Virus record (IMG/VR): IMGVR_UViG_2974655256_000001
Span: 20,530 to 84,529 of that record
Direction: 5' to 3' (one strand)
DNA: 64,000 bases
Origin: a virus
Lineage: Duplodnaviria; Heunggongvirae; Uroviricota; Caudoviricetes; Demerecviridae
Part shown: piece by piece, positions 44,908 through 54,840 of the stretch
Position numbering within the stretch: position 1 is the stretch's first letter
How the letters are laid out: the number at the start of each line of letters is the position of its first letter
The notes under the pieces: model-generated
What the model was told of the DNA's origin: nothing
The model's database searches: none
What the model saw: only the letters and a program-made list of their open reading frames with translations
Program-made: the position numbers and the translations under genes

Positions 44908-45669
44908 TTACACCTTCCCCATATCCTTAAAGATATCGTAGAATGCTTTAGACTCTGGTGAGCGAACGTTGTCGATCAGTTCGATCATAGAGAAAGGAGA
45001 GTTTTCGTACTTCTCATAGACTTCCATAAGAAGTGCTAGACCTGAATCACCCTTGATGTCTTTCTGAGCTATATCTCCACAGATAATTAAACGACAATCT
45101 TGTCCGACACGAGTCAAGAGACAGATCATTGCTTCAACGGAGATATTCTGAGCTTCATCGACAATAACATAGGAGTTGTTGAAAGTTCGGCCACGGGCAT
45201 GTTCGATAGCCAGGAATTTGATTTTCTGACGTTCGACATATCCTTTATAGGCGTGATCACCGATTGCCCATTTCATGCCATCGGCTATTGGTTCCAACCA
45301 AGGCTCTAGCTTTTCTGCTAGATCACCTGGGAGCATACCAAGAGATTTACCTAGAGGTTCGTTCGGACGCACGAGGATCACTTGCTCAATATCTGAGTGA
45401 ATGTCTACGAGTTCCTGAGCTGCAAGAACGGACGGGATAAAGGTTTTACCAGTACCTGGTTCACCGATACCCACAGTCACTGTGTTGTTCTTGATCATAT
45501 TGATATATGATTTTTGCTCACGGTTTTTACCAACTAGGGATTTAGCAACTGGATTGGCGTAATCACTAGAGAAATCTGCTTGAATTACGTTACTCTCGTA
45601 CTTGTTGCCACGCTTTCTTGAACCATTGCGGTTCTCTCTTTTTTGACGTGCTTTTCCCATAAATAACAC
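44908..45669 (-). CDS. phoH: PhoH-like ATPase (253 aa)
   Basis: Walker A GEPGTGKT; PhoH family length. Confidence 0.85.
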   Translation of the reverse strand: MLFMGKARQKRENRNGSRKRGNKYESNVIQADFSSDYANPVAKSLVGKNREQKSYINMIKNNTVTVGIGEPGTGKTFIPSVLAAQELVDIHSDIEQVILVRPNEPLGKSLGMLPGDLAEKLEPWLEPIADGMKWAIGDHAYKGYVERQKIKFLAIEHARGRTFNNSYVIVDEAQNISVEAMICLLTRVGQDCRLIICGDIAQKDIKGDSGLALLMEVYEKYENSPFSMIELIDNVRSPESKAFYDIFKDMGKV

Positions 45670-45733
45670 TCCTATAGTGTACTTCGCTAACAGAGGATCA
45701 ACAAAAAGATCTTGTTTATCAACTTACAAATAT

Positions 45734-45762
45734 ATTATACCAATATATACGGGAGAAAGCAA
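45734..45762 (-). promoter_or_regulatory. T5-type early promoter for phoH
   Basis: TTGCTT-17-TATAAT. Confidence 0.6.
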
Positions 45763-45954
45763 CTACAATTTTAAATAAGCCTATGATATTGCATTTAAAT
45801 AAAAAATTTGCTTGCTTTTATTGGGAGATGTATGGTACTAGATAATCATTTTATATCGCGTACACGGGTGCGTGATTATACTATTTTTAGTAGAGGTTGG
45901 CAAATAAAATTTTTTGACTCAGATCATGTTACAGAACTTTATAGTAAAATATTG

Positions 45955-45983
45955 TTGACATCCGCCTTCGAATGAGTTATAAT
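45955..45983 (+). promoter_or_regulatory. promoter TTGACA-17-TATAAT for nrdD
   Basis: perfect sigma70 consensus; divergent from phoH promoter. Confidence 0.65.
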
Positions 45984-46012
45984 AGTAGTCTTAGTTAGAG
46001 AAGGAGGGTATA

Positions 46013-47887
46013 ATGAATCGCAATGAAGAACTAAAGTATAAAGGAATGCAGTCCTTGATTCGAAACTGCAAAGAAATTATCGAAGGTTCAGCAGATGAAG
46101 AGCTGCTGTTTAATAATGCCAATAAGCCCTCAGAACGTTTCCCTACACAAAGGGATATGCTTGCAGGGGAATTGAGTAAATATCTGATTCTGGAAGAAAT
46201 GCCAATCCAGATTCGAAATGCTCACATGATTGGTGATATTCACTTCCATGATGCTGATTACGCTGCGTTAGGTATGACTAACTGTTGCCTGGTTGCTTTG
46301 GAAGATATGTTGAAGAATGGTATGAAGGTTGGTAATGCTGAAATCAGTACACCAAACTCTATTACTACTGCGGCTGCTATCACAGCTCAGATTATCACTC
46401 AGGTTAGTTCACATCAATATGGGGGTACTTCTGTAGACCGATTAGATGAAGTATTAGCTCCTTATGTTCGTAAGTCTTATGATAAGAATCATGCGTTTGC
46501 AAAACGTTGGACTAAGGATGAAGCCAAAGCATCTGTAATGGCTACGGAAATGACTGAGAAAGAAGTTTATGATGCCTGCCAAGGTCTAGAGTACGAAATC
46601 AATACGATGTTCAACTCTAATGGTCAGAGTCCATTTATTACCTTTGGTTTTGGCCTAGGAACTTCTTGGGAAGCACGTCTTGTACAGAAAGCAATCTTAG
46701 AAGTGCGTATGGATGGTTTGGGTATCAATAAACGTACTGCTATCTTTCCTAAACTGGTATTTGTTCTGCGCGATGGCGTAAACATGAAGCCTGGTGATGT
46801 CAACTATGATATCAAGAAGTTAGCTATGAAATGTACTGCTGAACGTATGTATCCTGACTACATCAGTTATGATAAGGTTGTAGAAGTTACGGGGGACTAC
46901 AAAGTCTCTATGGGCTGTCGTTCATTCCTGGCTGCTGCGGAAGATGGTGAAACTTCTGGTCGTAACAACTTAGGCGTTGTTTCCGTAAACCTTCCTCGAA
47001 TCGCTATCGAAGCGGAAGGAAATATTGATCTATTCTTCGATCTGCTTGAGCTGCGTGTGGATACCGCGTTAAAAGCATTGGAGTGGAGGGTTGATCGCTT
47101 AAAATACATTCAAGCTAAAGCTGCGCCCATCCTCTATATGTCAGGAGCCTTTGGATTACGTCTGGGGCCAGATGAATATGTATTTGATCATTTCTACAAG
47201 CGTGCTTCTGTATCTCTAGGATATATTGGTTGCCACGAAATGTTGCAGCTCATGTTTGGTAAAGATGTAGATACAATGTCTGAGTCTTGTATCAAGTTCG
47301 TTCAACGTGTGCTACAATACATGCGTGATCGTGCTGATCAGAAGAAGGAAGAGACTCAATTAGGGTATAGTCTGTATGCTACACCATCTGAATCTCTATG
47401 TGATCGCTTCTGTCGCCTAGACCGTGAGTATTTCCCAGAGCATGAAGATATTCTGGCTAAAGGATATTACACTAATTCCCATCACCTTGATGTAGAACGT
47501 AAGGTTGCTCCAAATGTGAAGTTTGATTATGAGTCTAACTTTACTCCTATTGCTTCTGGTGGGTGCATTTCCTATGTGGAATTACCGGATATGAAACGAT
47601 TCCCTGATGCACTGGAATGGGTTATTAACTATGCTGCAAGTAAAGTTCATTACTTCGGTATTAATACTCCAGTAGACTCTTGTGGGGAATGTGGGTTCTT
47701 GGGTGAAACTATAGCTTCTGAGGATGGTTTCAAATGCCCAATTTGTGGCAATCATGATCCTGAGACTCTTGAGGTAACTCGTCGAGTTTGTGGATATCTT
47801 GGAAATCCAGGTGCTCGTCCGTTTAACCCAGGTAAACAACATGAGGTTATGGGTCGAGTGAAACATCAAGACATTCGCGCTAAATAA
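46013..47887 (+). CDS. nrdD: anaerobic ribonucleoside-triphosphate reductase (624 aa)
   Basis: C-terminal glycyl radical RVCGYLG; Zn site CGECG...CPICG. Confidence 0.9.
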   Translation: MNRNEELKYKGMQSLIRNCKEIIEGSADEELLFNNANKPSERFPTQRDMLAGELSKYLILEEMPIQIRNAHMIGDIHFHDADYAALGMTNCCLVALEDMLKNGMKVGNAEISTPNSITTAAAITAQIITQVSSHQYGGTSVDRLDEVLAPYVRKSYDKNHAFAKRWTKDEAKASVMATEMTEKEVYDACQGLEYEINTMFNSNGQSPFITFGFGLGTSWEARLVQKAILEVRMDGLGINKRTAIFPKLVFVLRDGVNMKPGDVNYDIKKLAMKCTAERMYPDYISYDKVVEVTGDYKVSMGCRSFLAAAEDGETSGRNNLGVVSVNLPRIAIEAEGNIDLFFDLLELRVDTALKALEWRVDRLKYIQAKAAPILYMSGAFGLRLGPDEYVFDHFYKRASVSLGYIGCHEMLQLMFGKDVDTMSESCIKFVQRVLQYMRDRADQKKEETQLGYSLYATPSESLCDRFCRLDREYFPEHEDILAKGYYTNSHHLDVERKVAPNVKFDYESNFTPIASGGCISYVELPDMKRFPDALEWVINYAASKVHYFGINTPVDSCGECGFLGETIASEDGFKCPICGNHDPETLEVTRRVCGYLGNPGARPFNPGKQHEVMGRVKHQDIRAK

Positions 47888-47893
47888 TGAATC

Positions 47894-47930
47894 AGCCAGG
47901 TTGCTAGTCGACCTGGCTTTTATTTTATTT
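47894..47930 (+). terminator. rho-independent terminator after nrdD
   Basis: AGCCAGGT...ACCTGGCT then T-run. Confidence 0.6.
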
Positions 47931-47957
47931 GCTTTCGAGCTAAAACTTATGTATAAT
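47929..47957 (+). promoter_or_regulatory. T5-type early promoter
   Basis: TTGCTT-17-TATAAT. Confidence 0.6.
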
Positions 47958-47985
47958 TGATTTATAAATTTGAGAGGAGAAAGCT

Positions 47986-48267
47986 ATGAGCGAATTGCTT
48001 CCGAAAGTAGATGTTTCCCATCTTGGAGAGCCTAGTGAAGAACGTAAGGCTCTAGATTGGTTGGGCGGATTTGATTATCGTCGTGTTGTTGCAACATGGA
48101 ATGATAAGAAAGTTAAGAAGTTTCGGGTACATTATGTAGGTAAAGACAAGTGGCTCTGGATTGATTATGAAGAATCTAAGGGGTCTACTAAGGCTGTGAA
48201 AATTTATCGTATGTATGGGTATTATTATGCTCACTGTGATAAGAATGAATTTACAGTACAGAACTAA
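47986..48267 (+). CDS. hypothetical protein (93 aa)
   Basis: GAGAGGAG RBS. Confidence 0.55.
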   Translation: MSELLPKVDVSHLGEPSEERKALDWLGGFDYRRVVATWNDKKVKKFRVHYVGKDKWLWIDYEESKGSTKAVKIYRMYGYYYAHCDKNEFTVQN

Positions 48268-48276
48268 GGAACAAGA

Positions 48277-48480
48277 ATGAAAAACGTAAAACATCTTAAA
48301 TATCGCTTAATTTACAACGGACGTATGGAAACAGAAGATCTAGCTCAGCTAGCGATCAATTCAGATGAAGTTACAGTTCGTGCTTTGTCCATCGAGAAGC
48401 TGCGTGCTTCTTACGAAAATCGTATTATGGAATTGGAGGAAAAACTTTATGGACTTCTTGAATCAGAATCTAAAAAGTAA
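48277..48480 (+). CDS. hypothetical protein (67 aa)
   Basis: ORF. Confidence 0.45.
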   Translation: MKNVKHLKYRLIYNGRMETEDLAQLAINSDEVTVRALSIEKLRASYENRIMELEEKLYGLLESESKK

Positions 48481-48643
48481 TTTAGAAAATATGCTTATGG
48501 AGCAGTGGAATGCTGGGTATATTGCTGGAGTAGCTACCTGTATTGCTGGTTTGGATATGCTTATTAAGCAAGAGAAGGTTCGCCCAGAAGAAGCAATTCT
48601 GCTCCAAAATATCATCGAAGGATTCAAGCAAGGAATCGTATAA
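48449..48643 (+). CDS. small protein (64 aa from internal ATG)
   Basis: GGAGG RBS before ATG at 48449. Confidence 0.4.
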   Translation: MDFLNQNLKSNLENMLMEQWNAGYIAGVATCIAGLDMLIKQEKVRPEEAILLQNIIEGFKQGIV

Positions 48644-49494
48644 TGCGTAGACTAATCGTTGTTAGTGGTGCAGGTTTGAGTGTAGATAGTGGTGTTCGTG
48701 CTTTCCGTACTGATACTGCTAGTGGGAAATCCTTGTGGGATGAGTACGATCTAGAGGAAGTATGTAGCTTGCCTAACTTTGAAGCTGGCTTCCGTCGCTT
48801 CTGTGGTGAAGATGATCCTAACTACTTCAGTGCTCGTTTCCCTGGCATTGATGAAGATGGTAACGATCTGTATCTCAAGACTCATGAGTTCTACAACATG
48901 CGTCGTCAGGAATTACAGACTGTTGAGCCTAACATTGCCCATCTGCGAATTGCAGAATGGTTCCAGCGTTATGGTGCGGATAGCGTGAAGAACTTCACTA
49001 CTAACGTTGATGACCTTCTGGAACGTGCTGGTATCCCTCGTGATGAAATCATTCACGCTCACGGGTACTTGAAAGAGGTGATCTATCGTCAGGGTCGCAA
49101 CCAAATCATCGAAGATGTTGGGTATACTGCGATTGCCCCTGAGGATTACGAATGGGTAAAACCAAACGTAACATTCTTTGGTGAGACGGCTCCGTGGTAT
49201 ATGGGTCAGATTAACCTGTTTGATACACTTACTAGCAATGATATGGTTATTGTAGTAGGTTGTAGCAACCAAGTAATCGACTTCAACTGGGAGCTATTTC
49301 CTGCTGTATGTCGTGGAACTAAGATGATGGTTGTTAACCCACAAGTTCGTTATGACGAACAGCTTGAGTATGAGAAACGTGGTGTTACTGTATGGCGTGC
49401 TGGAGCTGCCGAAGTTTTTGGTAATAAACACTTTATTGATCAAGTTGAAGCTTTTATGGAGGGAAATATTTATGTCCCAGAAAAGCATGTGTGA
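48643..49494 (+). CDS. SIR2-family NAD-dependent deacetylase / ADP-ribosyltransferase-like protein (283 aa)
   Basis: GAGLSVDSGVRAFR matches sirtuin GAGISxxSGIPxFR motif. Confidence 0.7.
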   Translation: MRRLIVVSGAGLSVDSGVRAFRTDTASGKSLWDEYDLEEVCSLPNFEAGFRRFCGEDDPNYFSARFPGIDEDGNDLYLKTHEFYNMRRQELQTVEPNIAHLRIAEWFQRYGADSVKNFTTNVDDLLERAGIPRDEIIHAHGYLKEVIYRQGRNQIIEDVGYTAIAPEDYEWVKPNVTFFGETAPWYMGQINLFDTLTSNDMVIVVGCSNQVIDFNWELFPAVCRGTKMMVVNPQVRYDEQLEYEKRGVTVWRAGAAEVFGNKHFIDQVEAFMEGNIYVPEKHV

Positions 49495-49654
49495 TCTTTT
49501 AGTATGGCCAGACGGTAGTTGGTGCTACCGTTTCGAATTTGCTACTGATGACTTCTCATGGAAGAGTGATGATTTCTGCGTTATCTATGAGGATACAGCA
49601 GAATGGAAAGAGTTCCTTATTAAGGAGGGAGAATATGGTGAAGAAGATTTTTAA
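49472..49654 (+). CDS. small protein (60 aa)
   Basis: GGAGGGA RBS before internal ATG. Confidence 0.4.
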   Translation: MSQKSMCDLLVWPDGSWCYRFEFATDDFSWKSDDFCVIYEDTAEWKEFLIKEGEYGEEDF

Positions 49655-49820
49655 GGGTATCTGGAAAGGTCTAGTATGGTTTGTCAACTTAATTGGTATG
49701 ATTACCATTTATTCTCTGTTCCTATCTGTTATGTGGGGTAAAGGTGAACTGAAGGTTCCAGTTCCTTTTACTGATGAAGTTAAAGTCTGGACGTGGGATG
49801 CTACTGGTGGAAATAAGTAA
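49635..49820 (+). CDS. small membrane protein (61 aa)
   Basis: GGAGGGAG RBS; TM segment. Confidence 0.4.
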   Translation: MVKKIFKGIWKGLVWFVNLIGMITIYSLFLSVMWGKGELKVPVPFTDEVKVWTWDATGGNK

Positions 49821-50313
49821 TACTCCTGTGATTTTCCTGGATATTGATGGGGTGCTCAATTCGAGCATCTCTCACCATCATGCTCCAGATAGTGAGAAGC
49901 TATTCTTTGGTGGTGATTGGGTTTACAAGCCATTACTCCAGGCTTTTCAGAACTTTCTTAAGCCATCCCCAATAATGATTGTTGGGGTATCTTCATGGTT
50001 TTCTGTACGAAATGAAATGGAGAACGTTCAGATTATGACCGGACTCGGTTTGATCGATCGTTTTCTTGGTACAACAGATTTTACTGGAGGTGGTTTATCT
50101 CGGGGTAATTCTGTTTTACGTTTTGTCGAAAAATATAAGCTCAAGCATTGGTGTGTCCTAGATGATGCTGGTGCTATGATGTATCAATTTCCTACTGTTA
50201 TTGTAAACGGCAGGACTGGAATAAACCTTCAAGATTTAAACGCTATCAGCTATATGCTGGAGTTTAGTCCAGATCTTGAAATGTGTAAGGCTCTTCAGAA
50301 ACTTAAGGTATAA
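49798..50313 (+). CDS. HAD-superfamily phosphatase (171 aa)
   Basis: motif I FLDIDGVL near N-terminus. Confidence 0.6.
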   Translation: MLLVEISNTPVIFLDIDGVLNSSISHHHAPDSEKLFFGGDWVYKPLLQAFQNFLKPSPIMIVGVSSWFSVRNEMENVQIMTGLGLIDRFLGTTDFTGGGLSRGNSVLRFVEKYKLKHWCVLDDAGAMMYQFPTVIVNGRTGINLQDLNAISYMLEFSPDLEMCKALQKLKV

Positions 50314-50315
50314 GC

Positions 50316-50744
50316 ATGTTCAATAATATTTTCATGAAAGAGGTAAATCCTATGCTTCTCAACTTCTGGCGCTCTCTCCCTAATGGTATGTATAATGAAA
50401 CCATCAATCTGCTCAAGATTTGGTGTGAGAATAACGATATCTTCTTATCCTTTAAAGTCCCGCTAGAGGAAGCTCCGTGTATTGGAGTTAGCGTGGATTT
50501 AGGGGAGGGAGTAGAAGAGATTGTAGACTGGAAAGAACTCGATGAAATGGGTCTGGTTTTTGCCTTGAATCATAAGCTGTTTATGCCTGCAAATCACCGT
50601 CTTATTGTAAATTATCGCACTGGTGAAGCTCCTGCTTTCCAGGTAAATGAACGTGAGGGCTGGTCATATTCGCCCGAGGAAGTAAATGAGGGGATTCAGA
50701 AACTTCGTCGTTTCGGGTATATGATCCCAGGTTTAACTGCTTAA
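50316..50744 (+). CDS. hypothetical protein, paralog A (142 aa)
   Basis: shares WxEL..MGL..ALN...TGE.P...Y.PGL pattern with next gene. Confidence 0.55.
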   Translation: MFNNIFMKEVNPMLLNFWRSLPNGMYNETINLLKIWCENNDIFLSFKVPLEEAPCIGVSVDLGEGVEEIVDWKELDEMGLVFALNHKLFMPANHRLIVNYRTGEAPAFQVNEREGWSYSPEEVNEGIQKLRRFGYMIPGLTA

Positions 50745-50753
50745 GGAGGCAGA

Positions 50754-51149
50754 ATGGAACAAGTATTTTGGCGTCAGATAGATCCTAGTTTGGTAGAGCG
50801 TGCTGAGGGGCTCCTTGCACGTTGGTTGGGGGTTGACAAGGTTAGTGTAACATTTCCGTTTACTTCTGTAACAGACCCTAGTGTAGGTGTCTTTGTGGAC
50901 GAAGATGAAGATGATGGTTGGGAAGCTGACTGGAATGAATTGTCCAGCATGGGCTTGATTGTTGCCCTCAACTTCTCTATATTCCATCCACGTGGCTTAG
51001 CCATTACACGTGACCCCGAAACTGGTGAATCCCCTTATCTTTTGCAAGTAGAAGATGATATTTGGGAGTACACCGAAGATATTCTCGAAGAAGCTAAAGG
51101 TCAATTAAATCGCATTGGAATCTATGTCCCAGGCCTAAATGATGATTGA
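50754..51149 (+). CDS. hypothetical protein, paralog B (131 aa)
   Basis: AAGGAGG RBS; tandem paralog. Confidence 0.55.
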   Translation: MEQVFWRQIDPSLVERAEGLLARWLGVDKVSVTFPFTSVTDPSVGVFVDEDEDDGWEADWNELSSMGLIVALNFSIFHPRGLAITRDPETGESPYLLQVEDDIWEYTEDILEEAKGQLNRIGIYVPGLNDD

Positions 51150-51173
51150 TTTTCATTAGCTCAATCCTGATTA

Positions 51174-51200
51174 CCGAGTCAAAATGACTCGGTTTTCTCT
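51174..51200 (+). terminator. rho-independent terminator
   Basis: CCGAGTC-AAAAT-GACTCGG then TTTTCTCT. Confidence 0.6.
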
Positions 51201-51240
51201 GTGCTCAAGGACACTGATAGCACCTTCGGAAAAATTTTAC

Positions 51241-51269
51241 TTGCAGGATGCTCAAAATCTTGATATAAT
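51241..51269 (+). promoter_or_regulatory. T5-type promoter (TTGCAG-17-TATAAT) before long leader
   Basis: consensus -10, near-consensus -35. Confidence 0.5.
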
Positions 51270-51765
51270 ATTTATATTGAATTGAGAGACATTAGTAAAA
51301 ATTGATTTTGCTAATTTTTCTTGTTTACAATCCGCAATACGGAACAGTTAGGCTGCCCCATTAAGGGTTGTTTTAACTATTACTAGTGTTTATACTGCAT
51401 TAGTTAATTATCAATTAAGTGATCTGCGTACCCTGAATTCGGAAAGGTAAATCCAAACCGTGCATATTTAGCTCGTTATATAGGCAGAGTTTTATATGGG
51501 GGTGCGAACGAAAAGAGCAGCGAATGGTGACACGTCCAGTAGCCACCTACCAATAGGATAGTGAGGGCAATCAGAATCGGCTTAGCGGCCAATGACCTAG
51601 GTTCTGATCTGGATAAGAGTTAAGAGAGCGCAGCACTGAGGTATGATAACTTATTCATACTGCTTGATGATGATTAATGTTTGTGTAAATGGTAGTAATA
51701 GTTGTTCTATTCTTTTGAATAGTCCTAAAGAAAGATATCCGAATAACCAACATAGGAGTATTGTT

Positions 51766-54555
51766 GTGTTCTCAATCCTACAAGGTCACGCAGGATTTTC
51801 CAGAGATAAAGCCACTGGCATCTGGAAAGAGATCAAAGTGGAAGATTACACCTTTGCAAAGCGATTCTCTAAAGAGCATCCAGAAGGTAAACCAGCTTCC
51901 ATGCCCTTCAAATTTGATGTACTTGAAGAACTTGACCCGCAAAACCTTGCTGAAATGTTACCTATCATGCGTCGTCTTACCAAAGACCCGCATATTGTAG
52001 CTATTCGTGGTAAATGTTTAGCTCCAAAAGATAATGTGCGTCGTACCAGGGGAAACTTTAACGTATCCAATCCTAGTCATATTATTGCTATGGACGTGGA
52101 TGGTATTGTAGATACTGGTGGCTATGACAAGTTTAATCTTGTTGGCATGGCACGTCATATTATTAAGATGTTGAATAGTATTAGTGAGGATATGTTTCCT
52201 CTTGATGCAGGGTTTATTGCCCATGCATCGTCTTCGGCTGGATTAAAACCAGGTATCCGAATGCACTTAATGCTAGAATCTAATGTCAAGGTAACGCAGG
52301 GACAGTTAAAGTTCTTATTTACATCTATCAATGACAGTAGTAAGCAAAAGTATGGGTTTGATATTGCTGACTTAGCTTATTATTCTTCTGTTCAGCTTCA
52401 CTATTTTGCAGATCCCTTATTTGATGATGGTATAGTCGATCCGTTTAAAGCGGAGAATAAACCACGTCTTGTGTATGTTAAGGGTTCGAAGGTGAATCTA
52501 CCTAATAACCTAGTTGACTTTGAAACAACTAGAGGTGAGTTTAAAGAAGAGTTCTACTCCTTACTTGACCAAATTAAAGGCAAGAAGGCTGCATCTGATA
52601 AAGTGGAAGAAACCATCAGCGAACTAGAAGAAGCTGAGGATGGAGTGTACCTGCGTATTATTCCAAAACTTTATCACAGAGCATTAGAAGATGGTGTTGA
52701 CTTTACGTGGTTAGAACGTGAGATTAAACCAGCTTTATCTGAGTATATTGCGACTAAAGATAATAGTCGCAATATTCAAGATTACTTTAATAACGGTCGT
52801 AAGCAGGCTCTCAAAGCCTTTGTAAATAACTCCAAACGTGAGATTCCACCAAACTTAAAAGGTGTACCATTAAAACGTCTAGACACAGATTCTCCACCAG
52901 AAGTTCCATACCTGAAAATTAACATTGTACCACCAAAAGGACATTTAACATTTGTTAAGGCAAGTCTTGGTACAGGTAAAACCACAGCAGTAACTAAGTG
53001 GCTAGATGCAGGTGTTCTTCCAGGAAACTTTATTGCAATCACGAATACTAGGGCACTTGTATCTTCAAACGCGAAGAAATTCGGTGCTGGTCAGTATGAT
53101 AAGTCAGTTGATATGCTGAACTTCAAACGTGGTGCCATTGATCGTATGTCTTCAACTATTCACTCTATCCATAAGTTCAAGAGCTTTGTGGGTCAGATTG
53201 ATACGATCTTTATTGATGAATGTGACGCAGTAATGAATGATCTGTTATTCGCTCCGGTTGTTAAAAACCGTCGTGAATGTATTCAGGTTCTTCGTGATAT
53301 CCTTATTACTGCTAAAACTGTTATCTTATCTGATGGTGATATCAGTGCAGAAACGATTGAAGCCTATGGTTCTTTGATTGATTTTGATAAACCAGTTGCA
53401 TTCTATAATCATCACCGTAAAATGCTGGCGAAAGCTCACGCTTATGAATTCCCTGACGAATCCAGTATTTGGGTTGCACTTCAAACATCTTTAGAGATGG
53501 GTGAGAAGTCAATCCTAGTATCTGACTGTGGACCGGATGAACTGAATGAAAAGGGAATGGCATTACGTCGTAATACTGGTGCGTTAGTTAAAGAAATTCA
53601 CTCAAACTCTACGTCTGATGTAGATATCCGACGTATTCTGGATTATACAACTAATGAGCTAATTGATCAACAGATTGATTGTTTATTATGTAGTCCATCT
53701 GTAACGAGTGGTGTTGACTTTAACTATTTTGATAACGTATTCGTAATCACTAGAACCTCAAACCAAGCGCCAAACATGCGTTTCCAAGCAATCAGGCGCG
53801 ACCGTGGTGCTCAGAACATTTATTATTTTATTGATAAATCTACGAGTGGATTTTCTGCGGGTTCCGAGCAATATAATATTGACGAAGGTTGGATTGAGTT
53901 AGCCCAACAACTGTACGCACGTCGTCGTGAGCTGGAATCTAGAAACTATACTAGTACTTTGCGTTATTATCTGCTTGATCAGGGTGCAACTATCGATATT
54001 TTCAGCGAAAGCTGGGGAACTATCGAAGGTGCAGGCAAAGAGTATACAGAAGAGCGAATCAAAGCTATTTTGCACTCAACTCCTGAATATTGCGCACCAC
54101 GTCATGCAGATGCCTATGAAGCCAAGTTACTTCTGGTTCGCTATTATCATCTGGATTCTATTAAAGATGTAACAGTGGAACACGTTGAACAGTATATTAA
54201 GGATAAACCAAACGATAGAGCTGCATTCTTCCATAAGATGCACGACATGTTCTGGGAAGATATTAAAAAGTGTTCAAACGTAACAATCAAACCGTTTATC
54301 GAAGCTCTTAAGAATAAGAAGAAGGATTTCTTCCTTAAGACAGGTCAGAGCGCTAACCCAAAATATGCTCGTATGTATCTTGGCATGATGGGTATCGGTA
54401 AAGATCTGGATACGGAAAAGATTGTGGACTGGTACAGAACTTACTGTAAGATCGAATGTATGCCGATTCCAGTTAAGTTTATGACAGATGAAGAACGTCA
54501 GATGCATGAGGAAGCTCTTGCTGAATTGGGGGCTAGAAATGACAGCGAAGAATAA
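51766..54555 (+). CDS. replication origin-binding-protein-like SF2 helicase/ATPase (about 929 aa, GTG start)
   Basis: Walker A GTGKTT, Walker B IDECD; AGGAG RBS 7 nt before GTG; upstream ATG at 51643 lacks RBS. Confidence 0.55.
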   Translation: MFSILQGHAGFSRDKATGIWKEIKVEDYTFAKRFSKEHPEGKPASMPFKFDVLEELDPQNLAEMLPIMRRLTKDPHIVAIRGKCLAPKDNVRRTRGNFNVSNPSHIIAMDVDGIVDTGGYDKFNLVGMARHIIKMLNSISEDMFPLDAGFIAHASSSAGLKPGIRMHLMLESNVKVTQGQLKFLFTSINDSSKQKYGFDIADLAYYSSVQLHYFADPLFDDGIVDPFKAENKPRLVYVKGSKVNLPNNLVDFETTRGEFKEEFYSLLDQIKGKKAASDKVEETISELEEAEDGVYLRIIPKLYHRALEDGVDFTWLEREIKPALSEYIATKDNSRNIQDYFNNGRKQALKAFVNNSKREIPPNLKGVPLKRLDTDSPPEVPYLKINIVPPKGHLTFVKASLGTGKTTAVTKWLDAGVLPGNFIAITNTRALVSSNAKKFGAGQYDKSVDMLNFKRGAIDRMSSTIHSIHKFKSFVGQIDTIFIDECDAVMNDLLFAPVVKNRRECIQVLRDILITAKTVILSDGDISAETIEAYGSLIDFDKPVAFYNHHRKMLAKAHAYEFPDESSIWVALQTSLEMGEKSILVSDCGPDELNEKGMALRRNTGALVKEIHSNSTSDVDIRRILDYTTNELIDQQIDCLLCSPSVTSGVDFNYFDNVFVITRTSNQAPNMRFQAIRRDRGAQNIYYFIDKSTSGFSAGSEQYNIDEGWIELAQQLYARRRELESRNYTSTLRYYLLDQGATIDIFSESWGTIEGAGKEYTEERIKAILHSTPEYCAPRHADAYEAKLLLVRYYHLDSIKDVTVEHVEQYIKDKPNDRAAFFHKMHDMFWEDIKKCSNVTIKPFIEALKNKKKDFFLKTGQSANPKYARMYLGMMGIGKDLDTEKIVDWYRTYCKIECMPIPVKFMTDEERQMHEEALAELGARNDSEE

Positions 54556-54772
54556 AAAGTGGGAAACAAGGAAGTTTCCCGTAAAAGAACGTAAAACTTC
54601 TGTTTACGATACTGCGGAGAAACTATGTAGGGTTGTACCACCTCGTCTCGCTGGTATCCCTAATGTCTCCATATGGTTACTTAAACAACGGAAGACTCGT
54701 GTGTCTCTTCGCATTGGCTTTGAGTTAGATAAAGTCTATGCTGAACTTGCTTCTTTGCTCAAAGAATCGTAA
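54539..54772 (+). CDS. small basic protein (77 aa)
   Basis: start overlaps stop of helicase gene out of frame. Confidence 0.4.
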   Translation: MTAKNKKWETRKFPVKERKTSVYDTAEKLCRVVPPRLAGIPNVSIWLLKQRKTRVSLRIGFELDKVYAELASLLKES

Positions 54773-54780
54773 AAATTTAT

Positions 54781-54809
54781 TTGCTTTCAGGAAAAATTTC
54801 CTGTATAAT
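54781..54809 (+). promoter_or_regulatory. T5-type early promoter; sequence appears to match the T5 N25 promoter
   Basis: TTTATTTGCTTTCAGGAAAA...TGTATAATAGATTCATAAATTTGAGAGAGGAG matches my recollection of the N25 promoter. Confidence 0.7.
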
Positions 54810-54840
54810 AGATTCATAAATTTGAGAGAGGAGTTTAAAT

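Noticed and set aside
51643-51765. ATG start at 51643 for the 970-aa ORF
   Set aside because: No Shine-Dalgarno. The in-frame GTG at 51766 is preceded by AGGAG at optimal spacing. Kept as uncertainty.
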